From assembly GCA_964016885.1 (NCBI GenBank), contig OZ024740.1:43028001-43092000 (forward strand): DNA of 64,000 nucleotides. The letters are read 5' to 3'. This DNA is from Eledone cirrhosa. Its lineage: Eukaryota. The position numbers and the translations under genes were made by a program. The notes under the pieces were generated by a model. It was not told the DNA's origin, did not search any database, and was given only the letters and a program-made list of their open reading frames with translations. Positions 1-19,572 of the stretch are shown here, in pieces; the stretch's first letter is position 1, and every line of letters begins with the position of its first letter.

Positions 1-135
1 ATGTTAACTTTGCCTTTCAACCTTACGGAGTCGATAAAATAAAGTACCATTAACGCACTGGGGTCCATTTAATTGACATTTTCCCTTCCCTTTAAATTGG
101 TGCCCCGGTGGAAAATGTAGAAACAATTAATACAA
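1..135 (+). mobile_element. tRNA-SINE 3' part
   Basis: gttaactttgcctttca..gtcgataaaataaagtacca..tagaaacaatta recurs at 1650-2020, 10365-10510 and 53640-53850. Confidence 0.7.
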
Positions 136-1494
136 TGTAATGTTGCTGAACTGGCAGAATTGATGCTGAAGCTTGTCGTGCTACTGTTGTTGTTTAGCGT
201 GTAAGACGTTTCATTTAAGATACCGTGTATCTGAAACTATAATCTAAACTATAATAAAGTAAGGAATGCGGGACTGCGTACGGTTTATAATTTGTTATCC
301 CATTAGTAAAATAAGTTGGATTATTTTGAATAAATAATGAATGAATATTACATAATTTATCTAATAAATTTCGTAGCTGTTGATTAAATATATTTTATTG
401 TTTATTTAAAGATTCACTTCTTTAAAATGTTCAAATGGTAATTCTTCTGGTTAGCGATCGCTTACATACATTCATATATTTCCGTCACTAATTTTCTCCT
501 AATGCAGTTTATATATAATATCGTCTTTTTTAAATGTAACATGGATTACGTTACTGATTACATAAGTCAGTGTAACGCAGTCTTCGTTCAACTTCTGTGT
601 ATATTGTCAATTACGATGTTATTTGACGTATCATATCTACATGCATATATACTTGCGTTTAATATCAATATGCACACTACACATGCTAGCAGAAAACCAC
701 CCTGTGGGTGGTTTTCTGCTAATAAAATCTAAATCTAAAAATGTAGGTTTTGATTTGAGGATGGTTCCAAGCAGGTTGAACGTCCTCTTTACAGTTTCGC
801 CTTTGGCTGCTTAGCTCGATGTTTGGGACTCAACACTACTAATTGAGAATATTTGAATTGGAGCAAGACCGATAGATACCATTTCCAGCTTATTTGGGTT
901 TGAAATCGCCCAGGACGTTTCGATATTTATACTGTAAATTTGAAGTTTTTTGTAGATAACCTTTTACTAAAACACGAACAAAACAACCTCTTTCAGGTTC
1001 ACCATGTCGGTGTTTTTCCCGGCCTCGTTTTTATTAAGCGCCTGAGTGTACAAGACTTTCTCTGGACAGGATACCAGTCCATTGTAGGATTAAGTCCCAA
1101 GTTGTGTATTGGAGTGATGTGAAATGAAATGTTTTGCTGAAGATCACAATGATTATAAGTCTAATACACGAATCACTAGACCATTTAAATATTGTATATG
1201 TCGTTATAATTAATATAAGGGCATCGTTCTTGGTCAAACGGCATATCAAGTTATTTAATATTAAATAAATAACCTTACATTTCAGAAAATAAAAAAGAAA
1301 ACACTTCTAACGGACGGTTGAATGACGAAAGTATTCAGTTTAATGATTTTATAATGTTGAAAAATTATACATTAAAATTATAATATTATTTTGGAGTTTC
1401 AAGCAAATAGAAAATTATCATATAATAAATTAAATGTTGATTTTCGTTTGTTATAAACCTGAATTTACCTGCTTCTGTTGCAGAAATAGACACT

Positions 1495-2020
1495 CTTGTA
1501 TTAATCATGATTTCTGCTTAAGGCACGTGTCCAGTAATTTGTGGAGAAGGGTGAGTTGATTAAATCAAGACAAAGTATTTGATGTTACTATATTTTGTCG
1601 AATGCTGACCTTGGCGAGATTTGAACTCAACTCTAGCAGTATTAATGATTCCTAATCTAGGTACAAGGCCAACATTTGGTTGGGCGAAATGAAAGTCGAT
1701 AAACCGATTCCAGTACTTCACTGGTACTGTGTTTTATTGACTTTGGAAAGATGAAAGGCAAAGCTAACCTTGGCGAGATTTCGACTCAACTCTAGTATTA
1801 ATAATTGGTTCTGATTTAGCCACAAGGCCAGCAAATTTGCGGGAGGAAAGTCGATTAAATCGACCCCAGTGCATAACCGGTGCTTTATTTTATCGGCGCT
1901 GTAAGGATGAAATCAAAGCTAACCTCGGCGGGATTTGAGCTCAGAACATAAAGGGCCGTAACTCTGTGTCACGAAGCAGGGTGTCCGGCGCTCTACCGTT
2001 ACTGCCAATCCACCGCCCTA
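1495..2020 (-). mobile_element. Three tandem tRNA-SINE copies, the last with a tRNA-like head
   Basis: Repeated aacct(c/t)ggcgagattt..ctc and ggatgaaa..caaagctaacc; head at ~1920-2020 has A/B-box-like motifs on the minus strand. Confidence 0.7.
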
Positions 2021-2565
2021 ATTCTAGCATTAATAAAAAGTAAAATTCAGCATGCAAAAAGATATGTGTTTATATTGTTCGGTATATTGATTGTTATACA
2101 ATTGGGACCACCTTAAGTTTCCGACAAAATAAAGTACCAGTAATGCACTGGGATAATTGCTGGCCTTGTGCCACAAATAGAAACAATTATATAACATGTG
2201 TGATATATACGCGATCTTCCTTTACAAATCTGCTAATGTCGGCGTTATCAAAACAAAAAATATACCATCGTTACAGTCTGAATGCTGTATTACCTTTTTT
2301 TTTCACCGCTTTTGCCTTTTCATTTATCTCGTAGGCATAACAAGTCCAACGAACACACATATTTACAGGATGTTTCCTTTGAAAAAAAACAACTTTGTTC
2401 TGTGAAGAAACATAGCTGTTGCTATCCTCACTATCACCTCTCTATTAACAAGAACTCATTCTCCAGTCAAATTTTGAGCAAGAAAGATAGGAAAAAACTT
2501 TAATCTTTAATTTTTAGTTTTTAACTCCTATTAATTTTTTTTTTTTTTTTATTTCAATACTCAAC

Positions 2566-2606
2566 ATTTGATAAGATGAATTTTAATAATACATCGAAAC
2601 CGGTAA
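2566..2606 (+). ncRNA. Minimal hammerhead-like motif with U3-A8 core variant
   Basis: TTGATAA-gatg..catc-GAAA-ccgg-TA; the 3' strand of stem I is interrupted by the Helitron. Confidence 0.5.
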
Positions 2607-3533
2607 TCTATATATATTAAACTGAGGATGTCTGTCTGTGTTTGTGTGAGTTCGAATCCATAAAACTCGAGAACCACCCAACCGACTCTTTTCAAAATTT
2701 ACACATGTAATACTTATGTTTCAGAGAGTGTTCTGAGCAAAAAGAATTTCAAATTTTCAATGTCCTAGGGACCGCATTAGGCGATTTAGCGATCTCACTC
2801 TATAATTCTTAGTATTTCTCTTTTTAGATAGATACATACATATAAGGTCGCATCCTTATAATATCTGAGTGTATATCTGGCTGTCTGTATTACGTTCACT
2901 TCCCTGAGGATGCCTGTCTGTGTGTGTGTGTGTCTGTGAGTTTGAATCCCTAAAACTCGAGAAGTACCCAACCGATGTTTTTCAAACTTTACATGTGTAT
3001 TACTTATGTTTCAGGGAGTGTTATGAACATAACAAATTCAACTTCTGTTATCTCCTAGGGCCCGCATTAGGTGAAAAACTGCGTGTTTAACATTTTTAGG
3101 GGATTTTTAGGCGTTACGTCAGACCGATTTCCTTGAAATTGTAACTATGTATTAGTCAGTCTCTTCTTCATACCGTGAGCAAAGAAAATCCAACTTTCTT
3201 ATGGCCTAGGGCCCGTATTAGGTGAAAAACTTCATTTTTTCAGCTTCTTACGACTTTTTGGAGGCGTTACGTCTAGCCGATTTTTCCCGAAATTTCAAGG
3301 CATATTTTGCACATAAAAAAATTCATTTTCTTGATACTCTAGGGCCCGCATTAGGTGAAAACGTGCATTTTTCCTGGTTCATCGAGGAAAATCTTAAAGA
3401 TTATCCAGCCATCAGAGTATTCGTTTATTTTCTTTACATATTGTCCAGGCATGCAGTTTTTCCTCGATTAGGTCTGTTGGCGGCCCGCGTTCCAAAATAC
3501 CTTATCCCGTGAAACGCCGGGTACCACTGCTAG
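2607..3533 (+). mobile_element. Non-autonomous Helitron
   Basis: 5' TC (A|TCTATATATAT), subterminal hairpin cccg-tgaaacgc-cggg, 3' CTAG|T, no TSD; internal repeats of ctagggcccgcattaggtgaaaa and a ~150-bp duplication (2622/2905). Confidence 0.8.
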
Positions 3534-3685
3534 TACTTTATATATTTTATATACATTATAAAACTTTTTTTTAAAAGAATTGTCTCTCTCATTTTTTCAA
3601 TAATGTCATTTTGACGAATCAAAGAAAGGATAAAAAAGAAAAACAGACCCTTAAATATATTTTCCGTGCTATTTCCAACTTCACC

Positions 3686-3928
<243 letters not shown>

Positions 3929-4206
3929 ACAGAAGATACATTCGATTTATATTCAAAATAAATGCATTTCTAATCCGTTATAAGTTTGCATAATAGAGAC
4001 AAATTCAATCTGGGAGTGATTTAATTTGATAAATTCTATGCCTGCACCTAAGTATAGAATAAAGAATAGTATAGTAGGTTAGTGAGTACTGTGCAAACTT
4101 ATCTTTCATTGATCTAACTTCTGAAACTAGTGAATAGATGTGATATGCACTCATCCAAGCATTAATGAATATATACATACACCCTTTACAACACACACAC
4201 ACACAC

Positions 4207-4251
<45 letters not shown>

Positions 4252-4445
4252 GATAAATCTACCAAGAGTTTACGGTAGTGTCCAATCCGTATGAAGAACT
4301 CAATGTAATCCGGATATCATGGAAAGAAGAGATGCAATGAAAAATCACTTTCGGTGAAAGATAAACGGAATACAGAGTCAAGATAAAATATTAAAAAAAT
4401 AATGAATAAAACAATGAAACAGTTCCTTATATTAAACAAAAAAAG

Positions 4446-4599
4446 TTCATTATTTAACGATCGTTTCTAGGATATATATGTGTTAGAATTGGCATGCATA
4501 TTCAACAGATCTATGTACAAAATTATACAAAATTATACAAACTATCAAAATTAAATATACATACCAACACATATATATGCCGTCTTCAGAAATAATGAA
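4446..4599 (-). ncRNA. Type I hammerhead with long stem II (inverted pLTR copy)
   Basis: Reverse complement of 8764-8917. Confidence 0.75.
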
Positions 4600-4855
4600 A
4601 TATATTTATTGATAATAACAACAATTCAAAATTACAGGTCTGTTTGGGAACAGAGTTCAAATTGACCAATGAAAACACAAAAAGTTTATACAGTTAGGTG
4701 TGTGTATATATGTAAGTAACTTCGTTCACAGATATGCATAAAAATATATGTTCACATGCATACGCATGCCGAAAAGATGTATGTAAATACAAAAATTCAG
4801 GGCTAATGTCTCTGTAAGTTTATAATCTACAGATAAAATACATATACGCATATAA

Positions 4856-5585
4856 AAATAATAAACAACATAGAAACCGTAATAGACGTGTTACTTGGTA
4901 TAATGCTCCATTTAATTTACAAATTAAGGATAATATTGCTAAAAAATGTTTTTATATCCTAGAGAAAAACTTCCCGCCAAACCACAAATACCATCAAATC
5001 TTAAATAGGTCTACAGTTAAATTCTCATACTCAACAACCAATAACATAAAACAAAATATAAGTGCCTATAATGCATATAAATGTAAGAATACCATAAGTA
5101 TACCACCAATACATCAAACTAACCATAATATCTCCTCAAATACAGAATTAACGAAAGGTTGTAACTGTAGAAACAAAGCAAACTGCCCATTAAAAGGAAA
5201 TTGTCTTGTTAACAACATAGTTTATAAATGTAATGTTAAAACTAAAGATTCTATTTGCTCATATATAGGAGCTACTTCTAACAATTTTAAGGTAAGGTTT
5301 AATACCCACAAACATAGTTTTAAAAATGCCGCACTGGCTAATACAACATCTCTAGCAGAAAAAATCAATAGTTATAAAAATAAGAATATAGAATATGATA
5401 TGACCTGGAGTGTGCTCAAAAGAGCCACCCCTTATCAAAATAATAGAAATGAATGTAGATTATGTTCCCAAGAATTATTTGAAATAATGAAATCTAAGGA
5501 TATCCTATTAAATAAACGACAGGAATTAATTATATCGTGTAATCATAAACTAAGAAAAACATTTAAATATTATAAACCTAATTAA
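4856..5585 (+). pseudogene. PLE C-terminal GIY-YIG endonuclease, open frame without its 5' part
   Basis: WYNAPF..NFPPNHKYHQILNRSTVKFSYS..CNCRNKANCPLKGNC..IVYKC..YIGAT..FKVRFNTH..CRLC..LNKRQEL..CNH, in frame with ORF 5400..5585. Confidence 0.85.
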
Positions 5586-6058
5586 TAACATTATTTTAGA
5601 AATTAATATATAATTTAATTTAAATGTTAGTTAACCTATAAATTTAATTTAATTAAAATTCTACTATAGATGAGATTATAAAATATTGTGTAATCATAAA
5701 TTGTGAAAAACTTTTAAATATTACTAATATATACTTTGTAAATTAATTTATAGATTAATTTTAATTTATTTAACCTTTTATTAAAATTCCTTTACAGATA
5801 AAATATAACAAAATATCGTGTATTCAATGACAGAGAAATATTTTTTAATATTATAGACCTAATTAATGTACAATTTAGAAATATATTTATAATTTGGTTT
5901 TAATTTGGTTAACCTAAAAATTTAAAAATTTAATTTAATTGGCTTAAAATTAAAATCCTAATACAGATGGATTGCAGAGTGTCATGTAATCATAGACTGG
6001 GATAGGTTTTGGATGTATACCTAGTTAATATATTCTTTGCAATTTTTGAAAAAATATG

Positions 6059-6109
<51 letters not shown>

Positions 6110-6758
6110 GTGTATATATTAACTTTAATTTTTGTTTACCTATAATTATATTCTACTATAGATAAAATACAATATCCGTTTTAATTATTATAAACCTAAT
6201 TAACATATACTATAGAAATTAATATATAATTTTTAATTTAGTTAACCTATAATTTATATTCTAGTACCGATGTAATACTTTATTTGGTTTTTTTCCCTAT
6301 TACTAAATTCATTTCCTAATATTGATACCATAACGTTAATAATTTTAATTTAGTTATACTATAATTAATACTCTACTACTATTTAACTTCAAAATTCCGC
6401 TTCAAATATTATAAACCTAAGTAGTATACACCTTAGAAATCAATATATTAACTATCTTTAATTTAGTTAACCTATAATTAATAGTCTACTTATATTAAAA
6501 TGCATAATTTTGCCTTCTTTCTTACATTTCCTGATACTGAAACTACTATGTAAACACATATTATGATCTAAATGCAGATTAATATTCTATGTTTCTTGAA
6601 ACCTATATTTACTATAATCCCCCCCCCTGCCCCCCCTATTATTATTTGTATTTGTAAGCGTGGATGTATGTATGTATATGTAGGTAGGTATGTATGTTTG
6701 GGTGTTTGTATGTGAGTATAAAAATACATATGTGCGCATGTAAATAAGGGTGTATGAT

Positions 6759-6858
<100 letters not shown>

Positions 6859-6975
6859 TGTATCTATGTATTTATGTGGGTATATATGTGTCTATCTATA
6901 TGTATGCGCATATATACGTCTATGTGTATATGTGTGTATGTGTATATATGTACGTATATGCGCATGTATATGTGA

Positions 6976-7029
<54 letters not shown>

Positions 7030-7061
7030 AGTTGATGTGTGTATGTGTATATATATATATG

Positions 7062-7174
<113 letters not shown>

Positions 7175-7258
7175 GTATATGTAAGTGTGTGCATATTTGT
7201 CTGACTGTGTGTATTAATTTATTTATTTATTTATTTATTTTATTTCTTTATTTTTATA

Positions 7259-7307
<49 letters not shown>

Positions 7308-7505
7308 GTGTGTGTGTATATATATGTATGTATGTATATCCCTTTATTTATGTATGTCTGAGTTGTGTGAGCGTGTGGTTGTGTTTGTATGTGTATACGC
7401 ATACATGGATGTGTATGTATGTGTATATGTGCGTATATGTATGTGTGTATGTGTGTGTATATATGTATGTCTATGTATGAGTATGTATGTATATGTATGT
7501 ATATA

Positions 7506-7576
<71 letters not shown>

Positions 7577-7637
7577 TATATATGTGTGTGTATATATATA
7601 TATATCTTTGTATATGTGTATCTGTATATGTGTGTGT

Positions 7638-7702
<65 letters not shown>

Positions 7703-7756
7703 GGTATGTATGTGTATATGTGTATATACATGAGTGTGTTTATATATGTGTATAGA

Positions 7757-7809
<53 letters not shown>

Positions 7810-8002
7810 TGTGAATGTATGTATATATGTATGTGTGTATATATATATATATGTGTGTATATATGTATATGTCTATGTATTTATATGTGTATATGTATGT
7901 GTCTCTATATGTATGCGTGTGTGTATGTGTATGTGTATATATATGGTGTGTGTATGTATATGTATGTGTATGTATGTGTTTATGTATATGTGTATGTATA
8001 TG

Positions 8003-8051
<49 letters not shown>

Positions 8052-8084
8052 ATGTATATCGATGTATATTTTATATTTTACTTG

Positions 8085-8122
<38 letters not shown>

Positions 8123-8763
8123 CTTAATATTTTTCTTTTTTCTTTTTCTTTTTCTTTTTCTTTTTCTTTTTCTTTTTCTTTTTCTTTTTCTTTTTCTTTT
8201 TCTTTCTAAATTCATAGATACATTTATAAATAGGCAGTTTGCTGACACCAGTAAATACTGACCTTCCCCCCCCACCCACCTACTTTCTGTATCTGGATCT
8301 AAATATGTGTGGCAGTGTTTATGTGCGCGCATTAATGTCCATATGCTTGTGATAATAGTATATACACATATATGTGTGTGGGGGTGTGTGTGTGTATGTA
8401 TGTTCGTGGTTGTGTGTATGTTTATGCGTATACGCGCGTGTGTGTGTGAATGTATGTATATGTGTGAGTATATGAATGTGTATATATTTATTTTTATATT
8501 TATATGTTTATATGCGTATATGTATTTTATCTGTAGATTATAAACATACAGAGACATTAGCCCTGAATTTTTGTATTTACATATATCTTTTCGGCATGCG
8601 TATGCATGTGAACATATATTTTTATGCATATCTGTGAACGAAGTTACTTACATATATACACACACCTAACTGTATAAACTTTTTGTGTTTTCATTGGTCA
8701 ATTTGAACTCTGTTCCCAAACAGACCTGTAATTTTGAATTGTTGTTATTATCAATAAATATAT

Positions 8764-8917
8764 TTCATTATTTCTGAAGACGGCATATATATGTGTTGGT
8801 ATGTATATTTAATTTTGATAGTTTGTATAATTTTGTATAATTTTGTACATAGATCTGTTGAATATGCATGCCAATTCTAACACATATATATCCTAGAAAC
8901 GATCGTTAAATAATGAA
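8764..8917 (+). ncRNA. Type I hammerhead with ~115-nt stem II
   Basis: ttcattattt-CTGAAGA-[long hairpin]-GAAA-cgatcg-TT-aaataatgaa; 10-bp stem I and palindromic stem III. Confidence 0.78.
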
Positions 8918-9031
8918 CTTTTTTTGTTTAATATAAGGAACTGTTTCATTGTTTTATTCATTATTTTTTAAATATTTTATATATATATATATATATATAA
9001 TCATAAACATACAAAATAAATATACATACAC

Positions 9032-9107
<76 letters not shown>

Positions 9108-9239
9108 CGCTATCCATGGTTTCAAGTCTCAATATTGTCCATATCTCAAGAATTAAAGAGGGATCATAATTATGGCAAGATACCGTTAAAAAGAGAAAGA
9201 CCAAATAAGATTATATATTATGGAAGTATATAAATATAA

Positions 9240-9680
9240 TTAAGGTGGTTGCAAATTTGTTGAGTGTTTCCACTTAGAAAGCAGTTGGCTTTTGAGATGT
9301 AGGCATCCTCTAAATATTTTGCTCTTTGAGTTCAAATAATTACCGTTCAGATATGACAAACATTATAACATTCTAAATTTTTCACTAAGACAGAGACGAC
9401 ATCTCTTGGTATCATTACTGTAAAGACAGGATCTTTTAAGGTTCTTCCACGTAAACTTATGTGGGATTCCTTTCTCCTTTAATTTCCAGACTATTTTTGC
9501 CAGTGCTGGTCCTCATATCAGGATTCCTGAAGGACTGTAGTTGTGAGTAAAAACGTTGTTTAAAACGATCTTTCTCCATACCGACGTTTATTTCACAAAC
9601 TTCAGAATATTCTGTAGTGTTGTGTGTTATCTCTGCCCCATACATGAGAGGGTAGTTTTCTTTCTCTTTCCACACTTACG
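9240..9680 (-). pseudogene. Degenerate Naiad-like GIY-YIG fragment
   Basis: VGM..FKQRFYSQLQSF and YSNDTKRCRLCLSEKF in the minus frames. Confidence 0.65.
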
Positions 9681-10364
9681 TAATACAATACACCTTCTAT
9701 AATACTCTACTCCATACCTTAATAAATGCTACCATTTCTATATTACATTCCGCCACACAATACTATATTTCTGCTATAGCATACGAACACTAACACCTGT
9801 ATAATCTTGCTTTTCAAAAATTATATTGAGGTATAATATATAGTATAGTAAAATATAGCATAGTAAGGAAAACGTAAATATGTTTACATAGTTGCTTAGA
9901 CCGGATGACAACGAAATGCCACTCACCATAATCAAAATGGATAATTAGTAAATTAAGATTGTCATCACTCATCAGTAAGTTAAGTCATACGAAATATATT
10001 CACATCTTTTTCAAGAATATTCAAATAAATATTCTTGTGTTGGTAACAAAGTTACAAACGCTACTAAATTTACTGTTCAAAGGATACACGTATATAATAA
10101 AAAGAACTTGTGCTTTTAGCTTCGAAAAGCAACGGGTACGATGTTCAAAAGCTGGAGGTTAAAAGGAAAGCTAGAAAAAGCCTTAAAATCTACCGCTCAA
10201 ATTAAATTAATTAAATCAATTAATTAATGGAATAGCAACATTATAAATATAAATCAAAATAAATTAGTTCAATCATATTGTACCATAAATAGCTCTATGA
10301 CGATATAGGCTAACAACCAGATTTTCACAGCTTCATTCACAAAGTTTATATTTAGGTATAATAA

Positions 10365-10510
10365 TAATTGTTTATATATTTGGCACAAGGCCAGCAATTA
10401 CCCAGTGCATTACTGGTACTTTATTTTATCGACCCCGTAAGGATGAAAGGCAAAGTTAACCTCGACGGGATTTGAATTTAGTCCGTAAAGGGGCGTAACT
10501 ATGCTGGAAA
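10365..10510 (-). mobile_element. tRNA-SINE fragment
   Basis: Same central domain as 1-135. Confidence 0.7.
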
Positions 10511-10544
10511 GCATGGATATTGATATATAGATATTGAGAGATTT

Positions 10545-10997
10545 AAGGTGTTCGCTCTAACATAACTGTATACATATAAGTATGCGTATTTTATATATAT
10601 ATATATATCGATATAGGGTATCTTTACGAATAAGCATTTTGAAAGCCTTCAACTGGGAATTTGGAAACTGATGACGTAGCACTATCTACCGGATTCCAGT
10701 AGAATCTAAGGGTGGTTCATTGAATCGTTTCTGGCTCTGGTTGTTTTTCAAGTCAGTGCTCCCTTACCCTGCCCTTTGCTGGAACTCAATGTAGGTGAAA
10801 ACATATAGTTTTGACACATATGTACATGGGCTGATTAGCCTCATTTGCATATAAAGCTATCGGCTGGCTCGGCCGGAAAATAGAATTAAGGTATTCGCTC
10901 TAACATAGCGAATACCTTAATTCTATATTCACATAAGTATGCGAATTTTGGATATCTATCAATATACGATTTGTTTACGATTAAGTATTTTGAAAGG
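10545..10997. repeat. ~343-bp unit with partial tandem duplication; possible decayed retrozyme
   Basis: aaggt.ttcgctctaacata..ataagtatgcg..ttttgaaag at 10545 and 10888; CTGATGA at ~10668; ATTTGCAT at 10843. Confidence 0.45.
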
Positions 10998-11257
10998 GAT
11001 GGTCTGCCACTGCTATAACGCTGAATTGGCAGGCCATCTCCGAATAGAATTGGTGCTCTATTGTGTATTTTCTATTCTTTGTTTGTGTTCGACGTAATGG
11101 AACTAATTCTTCAATTAACAACTAATGAAATCGCCCGTCTTGCATCATCATCGGATGATAAGGCTGGGTCATCAAAATATGTATAGTGTTTTCACAGAAG
11201 GAAAATTCTAAAGTACATTTGCAGTCATTCCTTCTGTTTTATTATGTATATATATAT

Positions 11258-11523
11258 AGGAAAATGTTCAAGACCCCGACGGCAGAGCTCGAGCCGTTTC
11301 GACGGCTATTTCTGGAAATCCAGAAATAGCCATCGAAACGGCTTGAGCTCTGCCGTCGGGGTCTTGAACATTTTCACCCACTCTACTACCCAATACTTTG
11401 GGTAGTAGAGCGGGTAATAGCTAAATGTTTAACCCCGACGGCAGAGCTCAAGCCGTTTCGAAGGGTATTTCTGGAAATAGCCGGCGAAACGGCTTCAGCT
11501 CTGTCATCGTGGTTAAACACTTT

Positions 11524-11526
<3 letters not shown>
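11258..11526. repeat. Compound GC-rich foldback (three hairpins)
   Basis: Near-perfect ~115-bp palindrome at 11260-11375, a short hairpin, then a second imperfect copy at 11423-11522. Confidence 0.85.
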
Positions 11527-11568
<42 letters not shown>

Positions 11569-11574
11569 TGGGAA

Positions 11575-12195
11575 AGGTGAGGTTTCCTTGGAATAATTCT
11601 GTCGAGGATCTTTTTGCTAATAGATCCCGTGTCCGAGCGTGTGGAATTAATTAGGCGGACAGTTGGTTTTCTGTGTACCCCCGGTTTCACTCGGGATCTA
11701 CACATTACTTACCACTAAACCGTTCCCCTTATAACCATCATTACGGAATAATATTTAACAAACTTGACATAGATACTTCCATGGAGAACATTCCCATTCA
11801 ATCTAAGAGACTATACCTATGGTAGCTTCGATCAATGATGAAAAGTTTGGATTTAAAACCAACAAGGTACCACCTACCCACAGCTTATTAGAACCATTCG
11901 AAATAATAAAAAATGTAAAGTTCCGTAGAGCCGAAACACATTTCTAGGCCTTCCTGAAGGACGAACTTAAAAATATTAAAGATTCCTCCAACCTCCGACA
12001 AAACCCAAAACCTTCGTGAAGTGAACATCCCGACGTATCAGATGCTGACTAAAAAAGCCCTTGCTAACGCCTACAAAAGGGTTCAGCATACCGCCCTAAA
12101 CAATTCCAATACTGATAGCATGGAGATCACAAAGACCCCGAAAGTAGACGACCGGACAGGACCATTAAGGGTGAAATCCCCGCCTTCCTCTTTAA
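11575..12195. pseudogene. Rearranged Naiad-like PLE RT fragments
   Basis: Minus: KPTVRLINSTRSDTGSISKKILDRI. Plus: ENIPIQSK..FGFK..IKNVKFR..LKDELKNIK..DDRTGPL. Confidence 0.65.
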
Positions 12196-12287
12196 GTGAA
12201 CCGACAACCTTACGATTGCGAATCCAATTCTCTAACCACTCAGCCACACGCCTTATATATATATATATATACATATACATATACATA

Positions 12288-12325
<38 letters not shown>

Positions 12326-12334
12326 AGCCACACG

Positions 12335-18006
<5,672 letters not shown>

Positions 18007-18007
18007 A

Positions 18008-18064
18008 AGGCGTGTGGCTGAGTGGCTAGAGAATTAGATTCGCAATCGTAAGGTTGTCGGTTCA
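18008..18064 (+). mobile_element. tRNA-derived SINE head (inverted copy at 12197-12252)
   Basis: ggcgtgtggctgagtgg (A box)..gtcggttc (B box start); a longer copy lies at 38625-38720. Confidence 0.65.
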
Positions 18065-18287
18065 CTTAAAGATGAAGGTGGGGATTTCACCCTTAGTGGT
18101 CCTGTCCGGTCGTCTACTTTCTACATACACAGACGGGCATATGTAGGAATATATAGGCACACACCATCAATCACACACCCATGTACAAATACATCCACAT
18201 ACATACACAAAAACATATAGAGACACATATAAAAACACATATACACATACGTACACACACGAATATGTACTCATACCTCCACATGGG

Positions 18288-18319
<32 letters not shown>

Positions 18320-18592
18320 CATACATATATACACATACATATACATATACACACATATACACATATATACACATATATACACACACACTCACATATATAT
18401 ATATATATATATACATATACATACACATACATACATACACATACATATACACACATAAAGATACATAACTAAATATACATATATACACAAACACGCACAC
18501 ATACACACACACACACACGTGTACACACACACATATACATATGTCCGTATATATACCTCCGTTCACACATACATGCATACACACACAGACAC

Positions 18593-18631
<39 letters not shown>

Positions 18632-18646
18632 TAGAGAGAGGCATAT

Positions 18647-18715
<69 letters not shown>

Positions 18716-19572
18716 TATATACATATATGTACACATAAACACATACAGACACATACACACATATACATACATATACACATACATATATATCCATATATAT
18801 ATACACATACATATATATCCATATATATATACACATACATATATATACATATATATATATATATATGGTGGTGTCGCATTTCTCAAATTTCTCTTTGAAT
18901 TTTGGCACTCTTAGGCAGAGTAGGGTGATTTCGGTCTCTGCAACAAGACTAAATCTAGCACTCCAAACTCTTGAGACCGAAATCACCCTACTCCGCCTAA
19001 GAGTGCCAAAATTCAAAGAGAAATCTGAAAAATGCGACCATCCAAGAGGAAATAAACAAAAGAAGCAGCGGCAATGTACGTGAAAAACTCCTTAACCTAT
19101 GGCAGACAGATACAACTAGAGAGGAGTTAAAATCAAAGAAAATCTTGGAGTCAAGAACTCAATGGCTTCAAGAATATGAAGATAACTAGGGGAAAGACCA
19201 AATAAAACCCAGAAAACAAACCCATAGGAAACCCCAGAACTCAGGAAAATACAACAACACAAGAAATGAAGCACCCACACACAATAAACCAACAACAACT
19301 AGATATTGGGTAACCCCAATCACACAACTACATACAGACCCAATACTCAACACCAGAACCAGATACAACCACTGCCATAACACCAAGAACAATTACCGGA
19401 GACAAAATCAAAGACACATGAATACTGAACGAAACAACAGAAGAACCAGACCCCCATACAGCAACGACCACGCAAGATTCTATCGCCCAACAAGTTACCG
19501 GCATGAAGTTCCGGCGGGCCAAAGGTTTCACCACAACAGAAACACCCCTATCCCAAATGGCACCCATGTTTT

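Noticed and set aside
730-1250. Possible old LINE RT remnant on minus
   Set aside because: Only faint motif resemblance; too degenerate to support
4285-4370. HHR-like tccgt-ATGAAGA..GAAA-gataa-acgga
   Set aside because: Core C3 and the UH cleavage site are missing
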